A DNA stretch of 42,326 bases, from contig NW_021835172.1 of assembly GCF_006345805.1 (NCBI RefSeq), positions 1-42,326 on the forward strand, given 5' to 3'. A program made the translations under genes and the position numbers. Shown piece by piece: positions 12,181-24,135 of the stretch. The stretch's first letter is position 1, and the number at the start of each line of letters is the position of its first letter. Source of the DNA: Octopus sinensis. Taxonomy: Eukaryota. The notes under the pieces are model-generated. The model made no database searches, was not told the DNA's origin, and worked only from the letters and a program-made list of their open reading frames with translations.

Positions 12181-12746
12181 TTGGGTTGTCCGGAAAGTTC
12201 GTGCTGATTTTTAAAGGAAAGAAAAAGGTCAATAAATACTTGCCATTGCATTTTTAATCAACTAAATACGAACCATTTTGTTGTACAATGCGTCTCAATC
12301 TTTCCTTTGACTTGAAAATACCCTCTTCCCAGAATTGAGGGGGTTTCATGTCAAAGAATTCATCGAGGTATCTTTTTACGTCATCCAAGGAATTGAAATT
12401 TTTACCATTAAGACTATTCTTCAGAGACCTGAATAAGTGGAAATCCGAAGGAGCAATATCTGGTGAATATGGGGGGTGGGGTAACACATCCCAGCTGAGC
12501 GGCAGCAATTTTTGTCTGGTTCCCAAAGCATCGAGTGCCAAAAATGAACTTTCTTATCTTCCATCTTAAAGGGTTACAGAATTAACACAGGTTATAGGAA
12601 CATAAGCCTTCTTCCACGAAAAGATAGCTTAAACTGTGCTCTAAATGGAGGTGTAGTCAAATCCTATTTTATGAACTCAACCATGTTCTAAAATAAGTCG
12701 AAAGGTAAGCTACTATAAAACGGCACAAACTTTCCGGACGACCCAA
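12181..12746 (-). mobile_element. Internally deleted mariner element with both TIRs
   Basis: TA|TTGGGTTGTCCGGAAAGTTCGTGC ... GCACAAACTTTCCGGACGACCCAA|TA; retains the transposase C-terminus WDVLPHPPYSPDIAPSDFHLFRSL (mariner YSPDLAP motif). Confidence 0.92.
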
Positions 12747-12829
12747 TATATATAAACATTTGTGATATTGTATGTGTTGTTGTTACTGTATTTACTGTTA
12801 CAATAAATGTCTCATCTTGTAATCTTTAG

Positions 12830-12926
12830 ATTGACTTACGCTGCAGCCAGAGAGGGTCATCTCCCACAGGTTCTCTCCTATCTTCACATCAGGAAGAAAA
12901 CTCCTGTCATCTCCCTTATATTCTTA
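12830..12926 (+). CDS. SLC7A9: SLC7A9-like copy 1 exon E
   Basis: ctttag|ATTG...TTCTTA|gtaagt; encodes (R)LTYAAAREGHLPQVLSYLHIRKKTPVISLIFL. Confidence 0.95.
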
Positions 12927-13539
12927 GTAAGTCAAGTATATGATACCTCTGTATTCTCAGATGTTCATTCTATTGTGTTGTTAAATTATGTGTGTATATG
13001 CATACATATATACATGCATACATATGCGTGTGAGTGAGTGACTAAATGTATGTACAATATATATATATATATATAGCGAGAGAGAGAAAGAGGGTAGTGA
13101 AAATAAAGAAATTCCTGGGCGCTGGAAGGCTGAGAACACAGCTTAGAAAATCAGGTAAATGCCCTTAGAAGTGACCAGCAAGGCTCCAATTGGTATTTGC
13201 TGCCTTGTAAAGGTGTTGATTCAATTTTCTAAGCTGTCTTCACAATCTTCCTGCATTCACAAATTCCTTTATATTCTATAGAATATCAACACATTGGGGC
13301 TTATAAGTTTGTTTACGATGTATGTGTGTATGTATGCATGCGTATGGTAAAGCTTTAACATGTAGAAAACACTTGATCAGTGAAGTGATTAAAGATAATC
13401 TTTAAAAAAAAATCCCCACAAATCTTGTAATTACAGCTACCCAGGGCGAAATAATAATTTATCAATAATGAGACCTATTGAGTCAAGTACGTCAACATCA
13501 GCATCAAAATAAAAATCAAATGGAAATTGTAGTTATGAT

Positions 13540-13875
13540 ACCCGTGCCGGTGGAACGCAAATAGCACCATGCGAACGTGGCTGATGCCAGCGCTGCCTGA
13601 CTGACGTCCATGTCGGTGATACATAAAAAGCACCAACCGATCGGGGCTGTTTGCCAGCCTACCCTAGCCCCTGTGCCAGTGGCACATAAAAAGCACCCAC
13701 TACACTCACGGAGTGGTTGGCGTTAGGAAGGGCATCCAGCTGTAGAAACACTGCCAGATCAGACTAGAGCCTGGCGCAGCCTCCTGGCTTCCCAGACCCC
13801 GGTCGAACCGTCCAACCCATGCTAGCATGGAAAACGAACGTTAAACGATGATGATGATGATGATGATGATGATGA
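13540..13875 (+). mobile_element. Retroposon family 4 (SINE or LINE 3' end) with (GAT)n tail
   Basis: GGAGTGGTTGGCGTTAGGAAGGGCATCCAGC body, also at about 20705-20935 (-), 32175-32440 (+) and 35400-35500 (-). Confidence 0.75.
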
Positions 13876-14059
13876 ATTCATTCCATTACTTATTAATATG
13901 AAAACAAGACCGTTTGTCAGTTTGAGTAAAAAAACAATCAAACGAGAGACGATTGTAAAGAAGACAAGAAAGAAAGCCCCAAGAAAGATAACCAACGTTA
14001 CACTAATTCAATGTCAAACAGACGTAAACCAGTTGTCAATAGTTTATTATGTGTCCGGT

Positions 14060-14390
14060 GGACTACCTTTAAATTCCGACAAGATGTGTTTCCTGAAATA
14101 TGGGCATACAACAAAAATCTCGTTCCTTGAATTTATGTATTCAGTTGGAAGTTCTCATGTTTTTCAATAGATTCAATTTTTCAATAGAACACACAGAAGG
14201 TTTTTTAGACCCCGTTAATATAGGGTTTGGATTTAGAGAGGATTTGTCACTCGGTATCGAAATTGATCCTTTCGTCTTAAAGTTTCCAGATTAAAACCGA
14301 AAGGGTCATTGAATCCCTCTTATCACGGTATATAAAATTCGAAAGATAAATGTAGGTAGAAGGTTCTTGCACTTAGTAGATATCCACTTT
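14060..14390 (-). mobile_element. Penelope-like endonuclease remnant, heavily decayed
   Basis: Minus-strand pieces SMTLSVLIWKL, ILSKSKPYING and YINSRNEIFVVCPYFRKHILSEFK are colinear with the remnants at 10.6 kb and 30.4 kb. Confidence 0.65.
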
Positions 14391-14399
14391 CCTAGCACC

Positions 14400-14650
14400 C
14401 ATAATAAATAATAAATGTGCCCTTTTAAAGCCTAGCCGGGCTCATGGGCCTGGTTTCAATGGCGTATGTGTTCTCCAGTTGGACAGGACACCATTCCATT
14501 GCAGCGTTACTCATTTTTGCCAGCTGAGTGGACTGGAGCAACATGAAATGAAGTGTTTTGCTCAAGAACACAATGCGTCGCCCGGTCCAGGAATCGAAAC
14601 CACAATCTTACGATCAAGATGCTTGACACTCTAACCACTAGAACCCATAG
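14400..14650 (-). mobile_element. tRNA-derived SINE family 3
   Basis: Head TAGTGGTTAGAG...GTTTCGATTCC, core TTGCTCCAGTCCACTCAGCTGGC; closely similar to 25868-26131. Confidence 0.8.
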
Positions 14651-15101
14651 ACACAGTAAAATCTTTAACAGACACACAATAAAAGTTTCTTTTTTATGTC
14701 CTGTTAATGCCAAGTCGTATATCAATAAGTAACAGATGACTCAAACCTGCCCTGGCTGAACATGTAAAGACAAATCTCAATTACCTCTTGGACAGGACTG
14801 TGATATATCTTCCGTTGTTTACGAAGTTTGGCTTGTTATATGTCTCCACTGTCCTGCTTTTGTTACCAACTTTGACCCTCCACAAATCCCAAATTTTATT
14901 TTGGTTCACGGGAGCAACTGCCTTTCGAAGCCTCATATTGTTGTTAATTGCTCGAAATGAGGAGTTGATGGACAGCCAACAACTGATGAAGGGTTGTTCT
15001 TTATGTTACTTGTCTTGTTTACCATTTGTTCCTCTCGTTGTTCACATAGCCAAGTTCGTCTGCGTATTTCATGTTGTTTACGTTTTTTGACGTCCTATAC
15101 C

Positions 15102-15132
<31 letters not shown>

Positions 15133-15163
15133 ATATATGTACGTATATGTATGCATATATGCA

Positions 15164-15194
<31 letters not shown>

Positions 15195-15245
15195 TTCAAG
15201 AGTAGTGTTCACAAATTTCAGGAAGCATGGAGTTTTTGAAGGATG

Positions 15246-15830
15246 GATTGTCCTGACCGAGAACACCGGAGGTCTCAACTATCACAGGCTCGATCATAAA
15301 CCTGTCGGAGAGTGACCTATACTTTGACAGTTTGTTTTTCTTAGCTTGACGAACAACAGAGCCTGGGCTGGTAGCTGACAACACAGGGGAAGGTGTCACA
15401 GCTTGTGGCATCCCAGATGAGGGACCTACCAACACGAAACGGGAAAATTGTCATACCATCCAGCCTTTTACCATCCCCTCAGTCTTGCCCTGCAGATTCG
15501 AGCTGGAAAGGGAAGCCTGTGGCATTTAGGCCCTGATTTATGATCTTGTTAAGGGTGGCATAGAAAGTGGTCAGCACTATGACGGCAGGACAGTGGAGTG
15601 AGGCTGAAAGAATCCACTGTGGATCCGAAGTAGCATCCATGAGGCTCTCAGATCTGGAGACCAAACCTCAAGGAAATGCCAATGCACTGGTAGTCATTAT
15701 CAAGCTGAGTGCCAGTTGCAAGTGATGGCACCGCATTGAGCCAAGCTCTGCTGTGAGGCTTGAAAGCTGAATGGAAATAAGCTGGATGGTTCTGGTCAGG
15801 TCTTGAATAAACCATTGCACCTTATATATA
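15246..15830 (-). mobile_element. CRE-like non-LTR retrotransposon remnant (restriction-like endonuclease region)
   Basis: Minus-strand [50 protein letters not shown] and K..KY..L...F.IEPVIVETSG match the CRE/RLE pattern; multiple frameshifts. Confidence 0.75.
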
Positions 15831-15896
15831 CAAAGGTATGGCGATGGAAACAAGGAAAATAGAACTCAAAATATAGGTATATGTGTATTTTTATTA

Positions 15897-16007
15897 ATAT
15901 TTAGCAGAAGTAACAGAGTGACTCAAGTGCCGAAAGTTTTGTGGCTGATAAGTGCCAACACATGAAATTCTTGGTCCCTGAGTCATTCTGTTCCCTCTGC
16001 TAAATAT
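15897..16007. repeat. Imperfect inverted repeat / hairpin element
   Basis: ATATTTAGCAGAAGTAACAGAGTGACTCA pairs with TGAGTCATTCTGTTCCCTCTGCTAAATAT. Confidence 0.75.
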
Positions 16008-16322
16008 CAATATATATAAGTAATGATTTACCATTCAGGTACACACCTTGTAGTGTGTTGTTCAAAGCCTCAAAGCCCCTTCACAGTTCCTTGTATAAAT
16101 GTGCAGCACACGACAACTTCTAAAATGGATTGATATGTAAATAAGTGAAACAGCAAATAAAGAATTATATACCTTGTGACAAGTTATATGAGATGACACA
16201 TATGTACCTATGATGCACCACAACTGTTTGCACGGGATCTCACCTGTAAGGTACCAGTGCACGGAGTGAGTAGACAAACGTAAGAAAGGCACCCACCATG
16301 GCAAGGGACGACTATCAGAAGC

Positions 16323-16386
<64 letters not shown>

Positions 16387-17113
16387 TATATATATAAAGG
16401 GAAATAAAACAAAAGACGAAGGCAGGTGGAGTACAAACAAACAAATGTATTAGTATAGCGCTCAGGAATAGAAATAGAAAAGTCTTATGTATGTATAAAG
16501 AAGTGTCATGGGTGGTCATAGAGGCGATACATCAGAGTCACCTATGCTGCTAAGCACTTTATAGGTACGAAACCAATGGTCACTTTATGACCAGCCCCGT
16601 AACATTTAACTTCTTACAAAATATATTTCTGCTATAATGCTTTAGAATGTGCCTCATTTTCAGATATATGAACGACTGATTATATAAAGAGGGAGAGAGA
16701 GAATGTGTATGTGTGTAACATATGATGTACATACTGTACACTTTTTGCTCCCCAAACATGCAAATCTATCAAAATTGCAAGCGTTTAGTGAATTATCTTA
16801 CCCAGTTTTATTGAATGATTGTATTTCATGTTTTAGTTCTGTTTGCTGAAATTTGTGATGCCATATCCAGGCCCTGTTTTGGAACCAATGAGGGAGCCTC
16901 ATGTCTCCTCCAAATCTCAAATCTCTCTCTAATGACCTTTAAATAAAATCTGTATCAGAAAAAATATATTAACTGGTAAAAGAAATAAAAGAAACAAAAT
17001 TGAACAGCTTCGTCATGGATGGAGCTCCTTTGTTTCCATGTCTGTTCCAAACAATTATAACATCCTATTGTACTAGAACTGTCCTAATACTGAATTCTTT
17101 GCTTTATCTGCAG

Positions 17114-17263
17114 GCAATAATTGCTTTGATCATGATAATACCAGGAGAAATATCTTCACTAATTGATTTCTTCAGTTTTACTGCCTGGCTTTTCTATGGA
17201 CTGGCTTTCTTATCGCTTATAGTAATGAGGTTTACAAAGAAAGATGAGCCCAGACCTTTCAAG
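17114..17263 (+). CDS. SLC7A9: SLC7A9-like copy 1 exon F
   Basis: ctgcag|GCAATA...TTCAAG|gtaagt; encodes [50 protein letters not shown]. Confidence 0.95.
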
Positions 17264-17275
17264 GTAAGTAGACAA

Positions 17276-17324
<49 letters not shown>

Positions 17325-17789
17325 CACATGCAGACGTGGATATATTTCTTGTTACCAATCCTCACCTGTTTTTGAAGCAAGATAATATTTCCCTATGGGC
17401 AGATATATTTCCACGGAACATTAGGAATAAATAACACTGCTTGGATGACAGGGATGCTCATTTACAAATATCATGTTATTGAGACGAGGAGACACACACA
17501 CACATGCATATGAAATCGATGAGAGTATTTACATACATTGGTGCAGTGAGTAAAGTCAGAATAACAAAAGAGTACTTCTGTAGACTATGGGAAATATGAA
17601 ACTCAGAGCTGTCTGCATTTAACAAAACCATATCTCATAATGCTTTTGTAGTACCAGTGCTAGTGCCAATATTTGGAACATGAAAGCCAGAAAAGTACTG
17701 ACTACCAGTACTTTGAATGTTGTACCATTCAAAACGTTTTATTCTTTACAAACAATACACAATGCTTCAAGCGATCTACAATACTCTCC

Positions 17790-18143
17790 TATACATACAT
17801 ACATACGTACATACACACATACATACATACATACATACATACATACATACATACACACATACATACATACACACATACATACATACACACATACATACAT
17901 ACATACATACATACATACATACCTGCATACATACATACATACATGCATGCATACATACATACATACATACATACATACATACATACATACATACATACAT
18001 ACATACACATACATACATACAACATACATACATACATACATACATACACACATACATACATACATACATACATACATACATACTACATACATACATACAT
18101 ACATGCATGCATACATACATACATACATACATACATACATACA

Positions 18144-18172
<29 letters not shown>
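17790..18172. repeat. (CATA)n microsatellite
   Basis: About 380 bp near-perfect tetranucleotide array. Confidence 0.95.
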
Positions 18173-18176
<4 letters not shown>

Positions 18177-18667
18177 GTATATATTTATATATATATAAAT
18201 ATATTAGGTTTGGAGATGATGTACAGGTATTTTATATTAGAAGAAATGAGGTACTCAGAAATTCGAATGGTTTTATATTTACAGATATTTATTTGTATAT
18301 TACATGTTTTTATACATCATATAACTTATATCATATATCATATATTAGCGCTTTCTGCCATTCTAGTGGGGTTTTCAAATCGAACTATATATATATATAT
18401 AAATATATATACACACACTCACACACATACCCACGAATGAGTAGATAAACGAAAGAAAGGCACTCAACACATTTACTGGAAGTTATGAAGCTGGTTGCAG
18501 CAAGCTGCTGGTGTCTATCGACCTTTGTCACACCTGTCCGCCAGGCGTTGCCCTCTTATGTGAGATGAAGTGATGGTGGCAGAGGCAGAAGGTCAGTGAA
18601 AACAGCCTTTGAATGTCGCATTGCATCATTTAGACAATACCTGCTGATCAGTAAAGAAGGAACTGAG

Positions 18668-19321
18668 CACATACATACAAATATATACATACATACAAAT
18701 ATATACTTACATACAAATATATACATCAGTAGTTTTCAACCAGGGTTCCGCGGAACCTTAGGGTTCTGCCAGTACAGTCCAGGGGTTCCGCAAGAAGTTA
18801 CAAAACTGCTAAAATCGGCAGTAATTTTTAATTCTCCTGTGCAGATATGTGTGCATAAGACTATTAAATTATTGCACAGGGGTTCCTCGAGCCAGTGGAA
18901 TCTTTTCTTGGGGTTCCGCTCCAGCAAAATGTTTGAAAAGCACTGATATACATACATACAAATATATACATACATACAAATATATACATACATACAGATA
19001 TAAACATACATACAGATATAAACATACATACAAATATATACATACATACAAATATATACATACAAATATATACATACATATAAATATATACATACAAATA
19101 TAAACATACAGATATAAACATACATACAAATATATACATACATACAAATATATACATACATACAAATATAAACATACATACAGATATAAACATACATACA
19201 AATATATACATACATACAAATATATACATACATACAAATATAAACATACATACAAATATATACATACATACAGATATAAACATACATACAATATATACAT
19301 ACATACAAATATATACATACA
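18668..19321. repeat. 18-bp minisatellite (ACATACATACAAATATAT)n interrupted by a MITE
   Basis: Tandem units visible; a shorter homologous array lies at about 37840-37955 in copy 2. Confidence 0.85.
18727..18945. mobile_element. hAT-type MITE
   Basis: TIR CAGTAGTTTTCAACC / TGTTTGAAAAGCACTG; 8-bp TSD ATATACAT (18719-18726, 18946-18953); subterminal GGTTCC repeats; absent from the paralogous intron. Confidence 0.85.
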
Positions 19322-19539
19322 TGAAGAGCTTCTTTCAGATTCTGATTGAACTTGGTAAAACTCACAAGGATTTGGTCATCCTGGATTGGCAGTAGAAGAT
19401 ATGTTCCTTGAATGCCATGCAATGGGATTGAACCTGAAACCACGTTTGTTGAGAAGTTTCTTAACCAGACAGCCATGTCTGTGCCTCATAGTTACAAATC
19501 GAACTTCTTAATCGTTAAATCATGTTGTGTCCCTGTGTA

Positions 19540-19865
19540 GGAACGTGGTTTAGTGGTTAAGGTATTTGGCTCACAATCGTAAGGTTGTAAGTTCGATTCC
19601 TGGCAGCGCTATGTGTCCTTAAGCAAGACCCTTTATTTCACATTGCTCCAGTCCACTCAGCTGGCAAGAAATAAGTAATACCTGTATTTCAAAGGGGCCA
19701 GCCTTGTCACATTACTTTGTTATGCTGAATCGCTCTGAGAACTATGTTAAGGGTACACATGTCTGTGGTGTACTCATCCACTTGCACGTGCAATTTCACG
19801 TGCAGCCTCTTCCATTGATTGGATCAACTGGAACACTCACCATCATAACCGATGGAGCAACGGTA
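19540..19865 (+). mobile_element. SINE family 3, shared with copy 2 (about 37300-37625, minus)
   Basis: Head GTGGTTTAGTGGTTAAGG...GTTCGATTCC; same position in both gene copies, so it predates the duplication or was converted. Confidence 0.8.
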
Positions 19866-20446
19866 AGCAAGCTGTGTCTCTGCGTGTCGTTGCTTTTCTG
19901 TTTATAGATTGCATTTTCAGAACACATGTTAGACATCTTTTTATTTAGTTTTTCTGTAGTGGATTTTGTTATTAGACGTGGCCATGCTGGGGCACTGCCT
20001 TGAAGAATTTTTAGTTCAATGAATTGATCTTAGAACTTGTTTTGCTTTCGAAACCTGATACTTATTCTATGAATCTCTTTTTCTAAACTGATAACTTATG
20101 GGAATGGAAATTCGAACACCAGTTGTCAAGCAGGGGGGGGGGGCAAACAGAGGCACGAAGATATACACTTGACAACCAGTGTTGGTGTGCTTACATCCAT
20201 GTAACATTGGTAAAATTTACTGATAGAATAAGGCCCAGGCTTAAGAAAATAAGCACAGAGGTTGCGTCATTGAACTAAAGTTCTCTCAGGCAGTGCCCCA
20301 TCATGGCCACAGTCTAATGATTAAAACAAATACACGATAAAAGATAAAGCATTACAATTCTCATCAAATTTTTCAGCTGCTAATCCCTTTTGTTTTCAAT
20401 GAAACCAAGATTAATTTTTAAAATTTCTCCTTTATCTTCTTTTAAG

Positions 20447-20615
20447 GTTTTCATCCTTGTACCAGTTGTAATGCTCATCATCTCCGTATATCTGGTGGTA
20501 GCACCAATTGTACAAAATCCCGATTTGGGTTTTCTCTACGCCTTCCTTTTAATCATCGGAGGACTTATCTTCTATTTCATTTTTCTCCACTTCAAAGTCC
20601 AGTTGCCATGCATGG
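20447..20615 (+). CDS. SLC7A9: SLC7A9-like copy 1 exon G
   Basis: tttaag|GTTTTC...ATGG|gtaagt; encodes VFILVPVVMLIISVYLVVAPIVQNPDLGFLYAFLLIIGGLIFYFIFLHFKVQLPCM. Confidence 0.95.
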
Positions 20616-21399
20616 GTAAGTGTGCCTTTTTTTTTACCTATCTTTTCTCATTCTTTTTCTTGTTTCTGTCATTTGGCTGTGGCCATCTTGGGCCACCACC
20701 TTTGACTGAGGCCTGGCAAACCAGATGGCTGCACCAGACTCCAATCTGATCTGGCAGAGTTTCTACAGCTGAATGTCCTCCCTAGCGCCAACCACTCTGA
20801 GAGTGTAGTGGGTGCTTTTACGTGCCACCGGCATGAGGGCCAGTCAGGCGGTACTGGCAACGGCCACGCTCAAATGGTGCTTCTTATGTGCCACCTGCAC
20901 AGGAGCCAGTCCAGTGGCACTGGCAACGACCTTGCTTAAGTATAATACATAGATGGCTATTTTTACTAAATACTGCCTCAATTATATATACCGGTTTTTT
21001 AATCACCGTGAGATCTTAGAATGCTGAACCTTACAAAGGAGGTGACAGAGGACTGGGATATGTGGTGCATTACTATACTCGAGAAGATACATCCACCACA
21101 ACAGAAATGAGATACTAAAACCAAAGTGTCAGCATTGGTGCGGATGCTGGTGACACGTAAAAAACACCCTATACACTCTGTGTTAGTAGGCTTACAAAGA
21201 ATAAGCTCTGGGGTCGATTTGCTCGACTATAAAGGCGGTACTCCGGCATGGCCGCAGTCAGCTGACTGAAACAAGTAAAAGTGTAAAGAGAGTATTACTT
21301 AATCTGTGTGTGTGTGTGTGTGTGTTGTGTGTGTGTGTGTAATATATATACAAGTGTACATCTATACTCATCCTATGTACTTATTTTTCTATATTTCAG

Positions 21400-21488
21400 A
21401 AGCCTTTACTGAATTTATTCAAAAGTTTGCGTGTGTTGCTCCATCAAAATATAAGCCACCTGACCATTCCAAAGACAACAAGCTTTAA
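21400..21488 (+). CDS. SLC7A9: SLC7A9-like copy 1 terminal coding exon H
   Basis: tttcag|AAGCC...CTTTAA; encodes (E)AFTEFIQKFACVAPSKYKPPDHSKDNKL*; same length and stop position as the paralogous exon. Confidence 0.9.
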
Positions 21489-21653
21489 GCATCAAAATTG
21501 GTAAAAACAAATATTCTGCCATTTGGAATTAAATTTTAATTCCATGAAAGTTTCAGGAAGAAAAAAAGGGAAAAAGAAAAAGCAAATACTCAACAATATG
21601 AAAATGAAATGAATTTCTCTGGATAACTCTGTGTGTGTGTGTGTGTGAGAGAA

Positions 21654-21690
<37 letters not shown>

Positions 21691-22860
21691 TGAGTGAGTG
21701 TTTGTGTGCGTGTGTTTAATCTTTTTACTGGAATTTTCTTGGAGATATTATATACTGAACCAAATCTCAACGTTGGACTCTTTAGCCTGAGTGTAAAATG
21801 TTGAGCAGCTATGGTTTATTTTCAACTGAAAAGTGGAGGGAAAAAAATGAGGCAAAAAAGCCTAAACATAACGATATACTTGTTCTGCAGTAAAATTGAA
21901 TGAACAATATTTTTCAGTGAAAGAATCTTCTGAACAACTTGAAACATGGCATAATTTCATTAACTAATATTAACACTTCACCCTATCATCTATACTCATA
22001 CATTTTTCCTTGCTAGATTATCAACTCACTGGGATTTCATTCTCAGCACATGAACTTACAATTGTACGAATGATAAGAGCATTCATATTGAGTTCACTGG
22101 TCATTGAGGGCTTGCAAAGCTTATAAAGGCAAACACTTTCTTCTGACAAAAACTGTGAAAAGAAAAACAAACTTATTTTGCTCATAAAAAAAAAAGGAAA
22201 GACACCAGATCAAATCTTCACCAATTCTTTTCTTACCATATTTCTATTGACATATATTGTCTTTGGTTTGGTTATTTTTGAAAATATTGAAAGCTTTTAA
22301 CCAAAATAACTTTTTTCTTTTTGTTGTATCTTGGAAGAGTTGTTATGCCAATCATAATAACACATGCACTGGGTCAATTCCACTTCTTTCTTGTTAGTCA
22401 TTTTGTTAAATATGTAACCATCTAACTAATCAAGCTTTTGTTTAATGTGCTCGTCAAACAATTGATTGGCTGTTTGTTAGAGTTCTTTCGTTGCTGGTCA
22501 CCACCTTTTCAGTGACTTGGGGATTTCCTCTCTCACTCCGAGGTCTGTAAGGTCTGCCCTTGTTATTATTATTGCTATTATTATTGGTGTAACCACTCTC
22601 CCAACACACAACAAAATTTGTTTCAACACATAAATTCACATCAAGAATCTTGCAAAGCAAATACAACTTCGTCATTATTGTTTTGGTTGGAGCAAAAGCT
22701 AACATGGAATTTTGATGGAAGATTTTAATTTAGTTCACTCTAATACAGAAAGATTGTGTCATAAAATCAGGGGTGATCTCAGATATGTCGTTATCCAAAG
22801 GATTAATTTAATTAAAACCTTCATTTTTTAAAATTAAGAAGAAAAAATTTTTAATTAAAA

Positions 22861-22862
<2 letters not shown>

Positions 22863-22916
<54 letters not shown>

Positions 22917-23012
22917 TATTATTATTATTACTACTAGTATTGTTGTTATACATACATACAAGCATACGTAATAATAATGATGATGATAATAATAATAATA
23001 ATAATAATAATA
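22863..23012. repeat. (TTA)n and (AAT)n microsatellites in opposite orientation
   Basis: Directly visible. Confidence 0.9.
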
Positions 23013-24129
23013 AGTGGGTGTAAACGCATGAACAAAATAAGAATAAACAAAAACAAATTACACGAACGTATATAAACAGAAGATACAAATATTACAGGCA
23101 TCCCCCCACACACACACTAACTAAACATAGACGCACATAGAGATATATGCATGCGCAAATGAAGACACATACAATAGAAATACAAAATGGCTGGCGGTTA
23201 GTAAGGAGAGACACACAAATAAGAAAGAAGAAAGCAAAGGACCACTGATGCTGTCACAGGAATGTGACGAAAGAACTCTGGCCGAAATAAGATTAAGTTT
23301 AATGTAAAAAATAAATAACGCCGAAGCAAAGTAGCACCAAATATATAGTGCGTGTGTTTTTATTGGCTAAACTGGCAAAATGAACATTCCGAAATACAAC
23401 AACTTCATTATAAAGTTGAGCAAAAAAATTTTTGATGAACGAAATTAAATATTGATTGATTTTTTAAAATCCAAATTGTGACCTACCCTCATTGAAGAAC
23501 TTATCAGACATAGATTTGTTGATGGTTTTAAGTGATGAAAGCGACACAGTAACTACTTAAAATAAAATGTCTTTCTGGATTTTTTTTTTTCCTGCTACTT
23601 TCCAGTAAAAGAAAAACGAATCCTGCAAGGAATACACTAAATATCATTTACTAACATGTCTAATATGACCGGATTAAAAGGAAAAATTATTTTATGAATA
23701 CACATACATCAAATGTCTGATAAATGCTATGTCTAACTAATTAGTGTTTTTACCCGAAAAAGTGTTTTCCCTTTTTGGACAAACATCTTTTAAAAAAACA
23801 ATTTTTACAAAAAAAAGCAATAAAAAAAAAGATGAGAAAATTCTTCAAATATTGACTTTTAAAATTATCAGTGCAATTTTTGCCTTTTGGAGTCTAAAAG
23901 GCATTTCATAAACAATATTCTGCAAGTGGGAAATGTGACATTTCCATATATGCCATCTCTGAAGAGCACAAGCATTAGATAACCATTCAGTTTGCTAATA
24001 TCCAGTGCAAAATTAATTGGTGAAATCGGCTGTAAGGGATCTATAATACGGAATACTTTGATTAATATATAATTGTTGATACGTTGTAAGCTTATCACAG
24101 AGTGTTATGTTGTTGTTCCTTTATCATGC

Positions 24130-24135
24130 AATAAA
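24130..24135 (+). promoter_or_regulatory. Candidate polyadenylation signal of copy 1
   Basis: AATAAA inside a block (about 24070-24170) conserved with copy 2; no transcript evidence. Confidence 0.4.

Larger units (their letters stand above)
1661..21488 (+). other. SLC7A9: Gene span (5'-partial): SLC7 heteromeric amino acid transporter light chain, b(0,+)AT/SLC7A9-like, copy 1
   Basis: Eight GT-AG exons (100+45+124+104+97+150+169+89 nt) splice into one open frame of about 291 aa with SLC7A9-like motifs ([49 protein letters not shown]). The symbol denotes the closest family member; orthology is untested. Confidence 0.93.

Noticed and set aside
14950-14995. GAAA...CTGATGA hammerhead-like motif (also reverse complement near 39605-39645)
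   Set aside because: Could not build stems II and III around the core; treated as an unclassified dispersed repeat
17673-18448. Long ORFs (up to 255 aa) rich in HTYI/MYVC
   Set aside because: Stop-free translations of (CATA)n; the same applies to the YI, poly-L/N/S/V and CV ORFs elsewhere
21477-21488. C-terminal NKL as a peroxisomal PTS1-like signal
   Set aside because: Polytopic membrane transporter, non-canonical tripeptide, and not kept in copy 2 (NKS)
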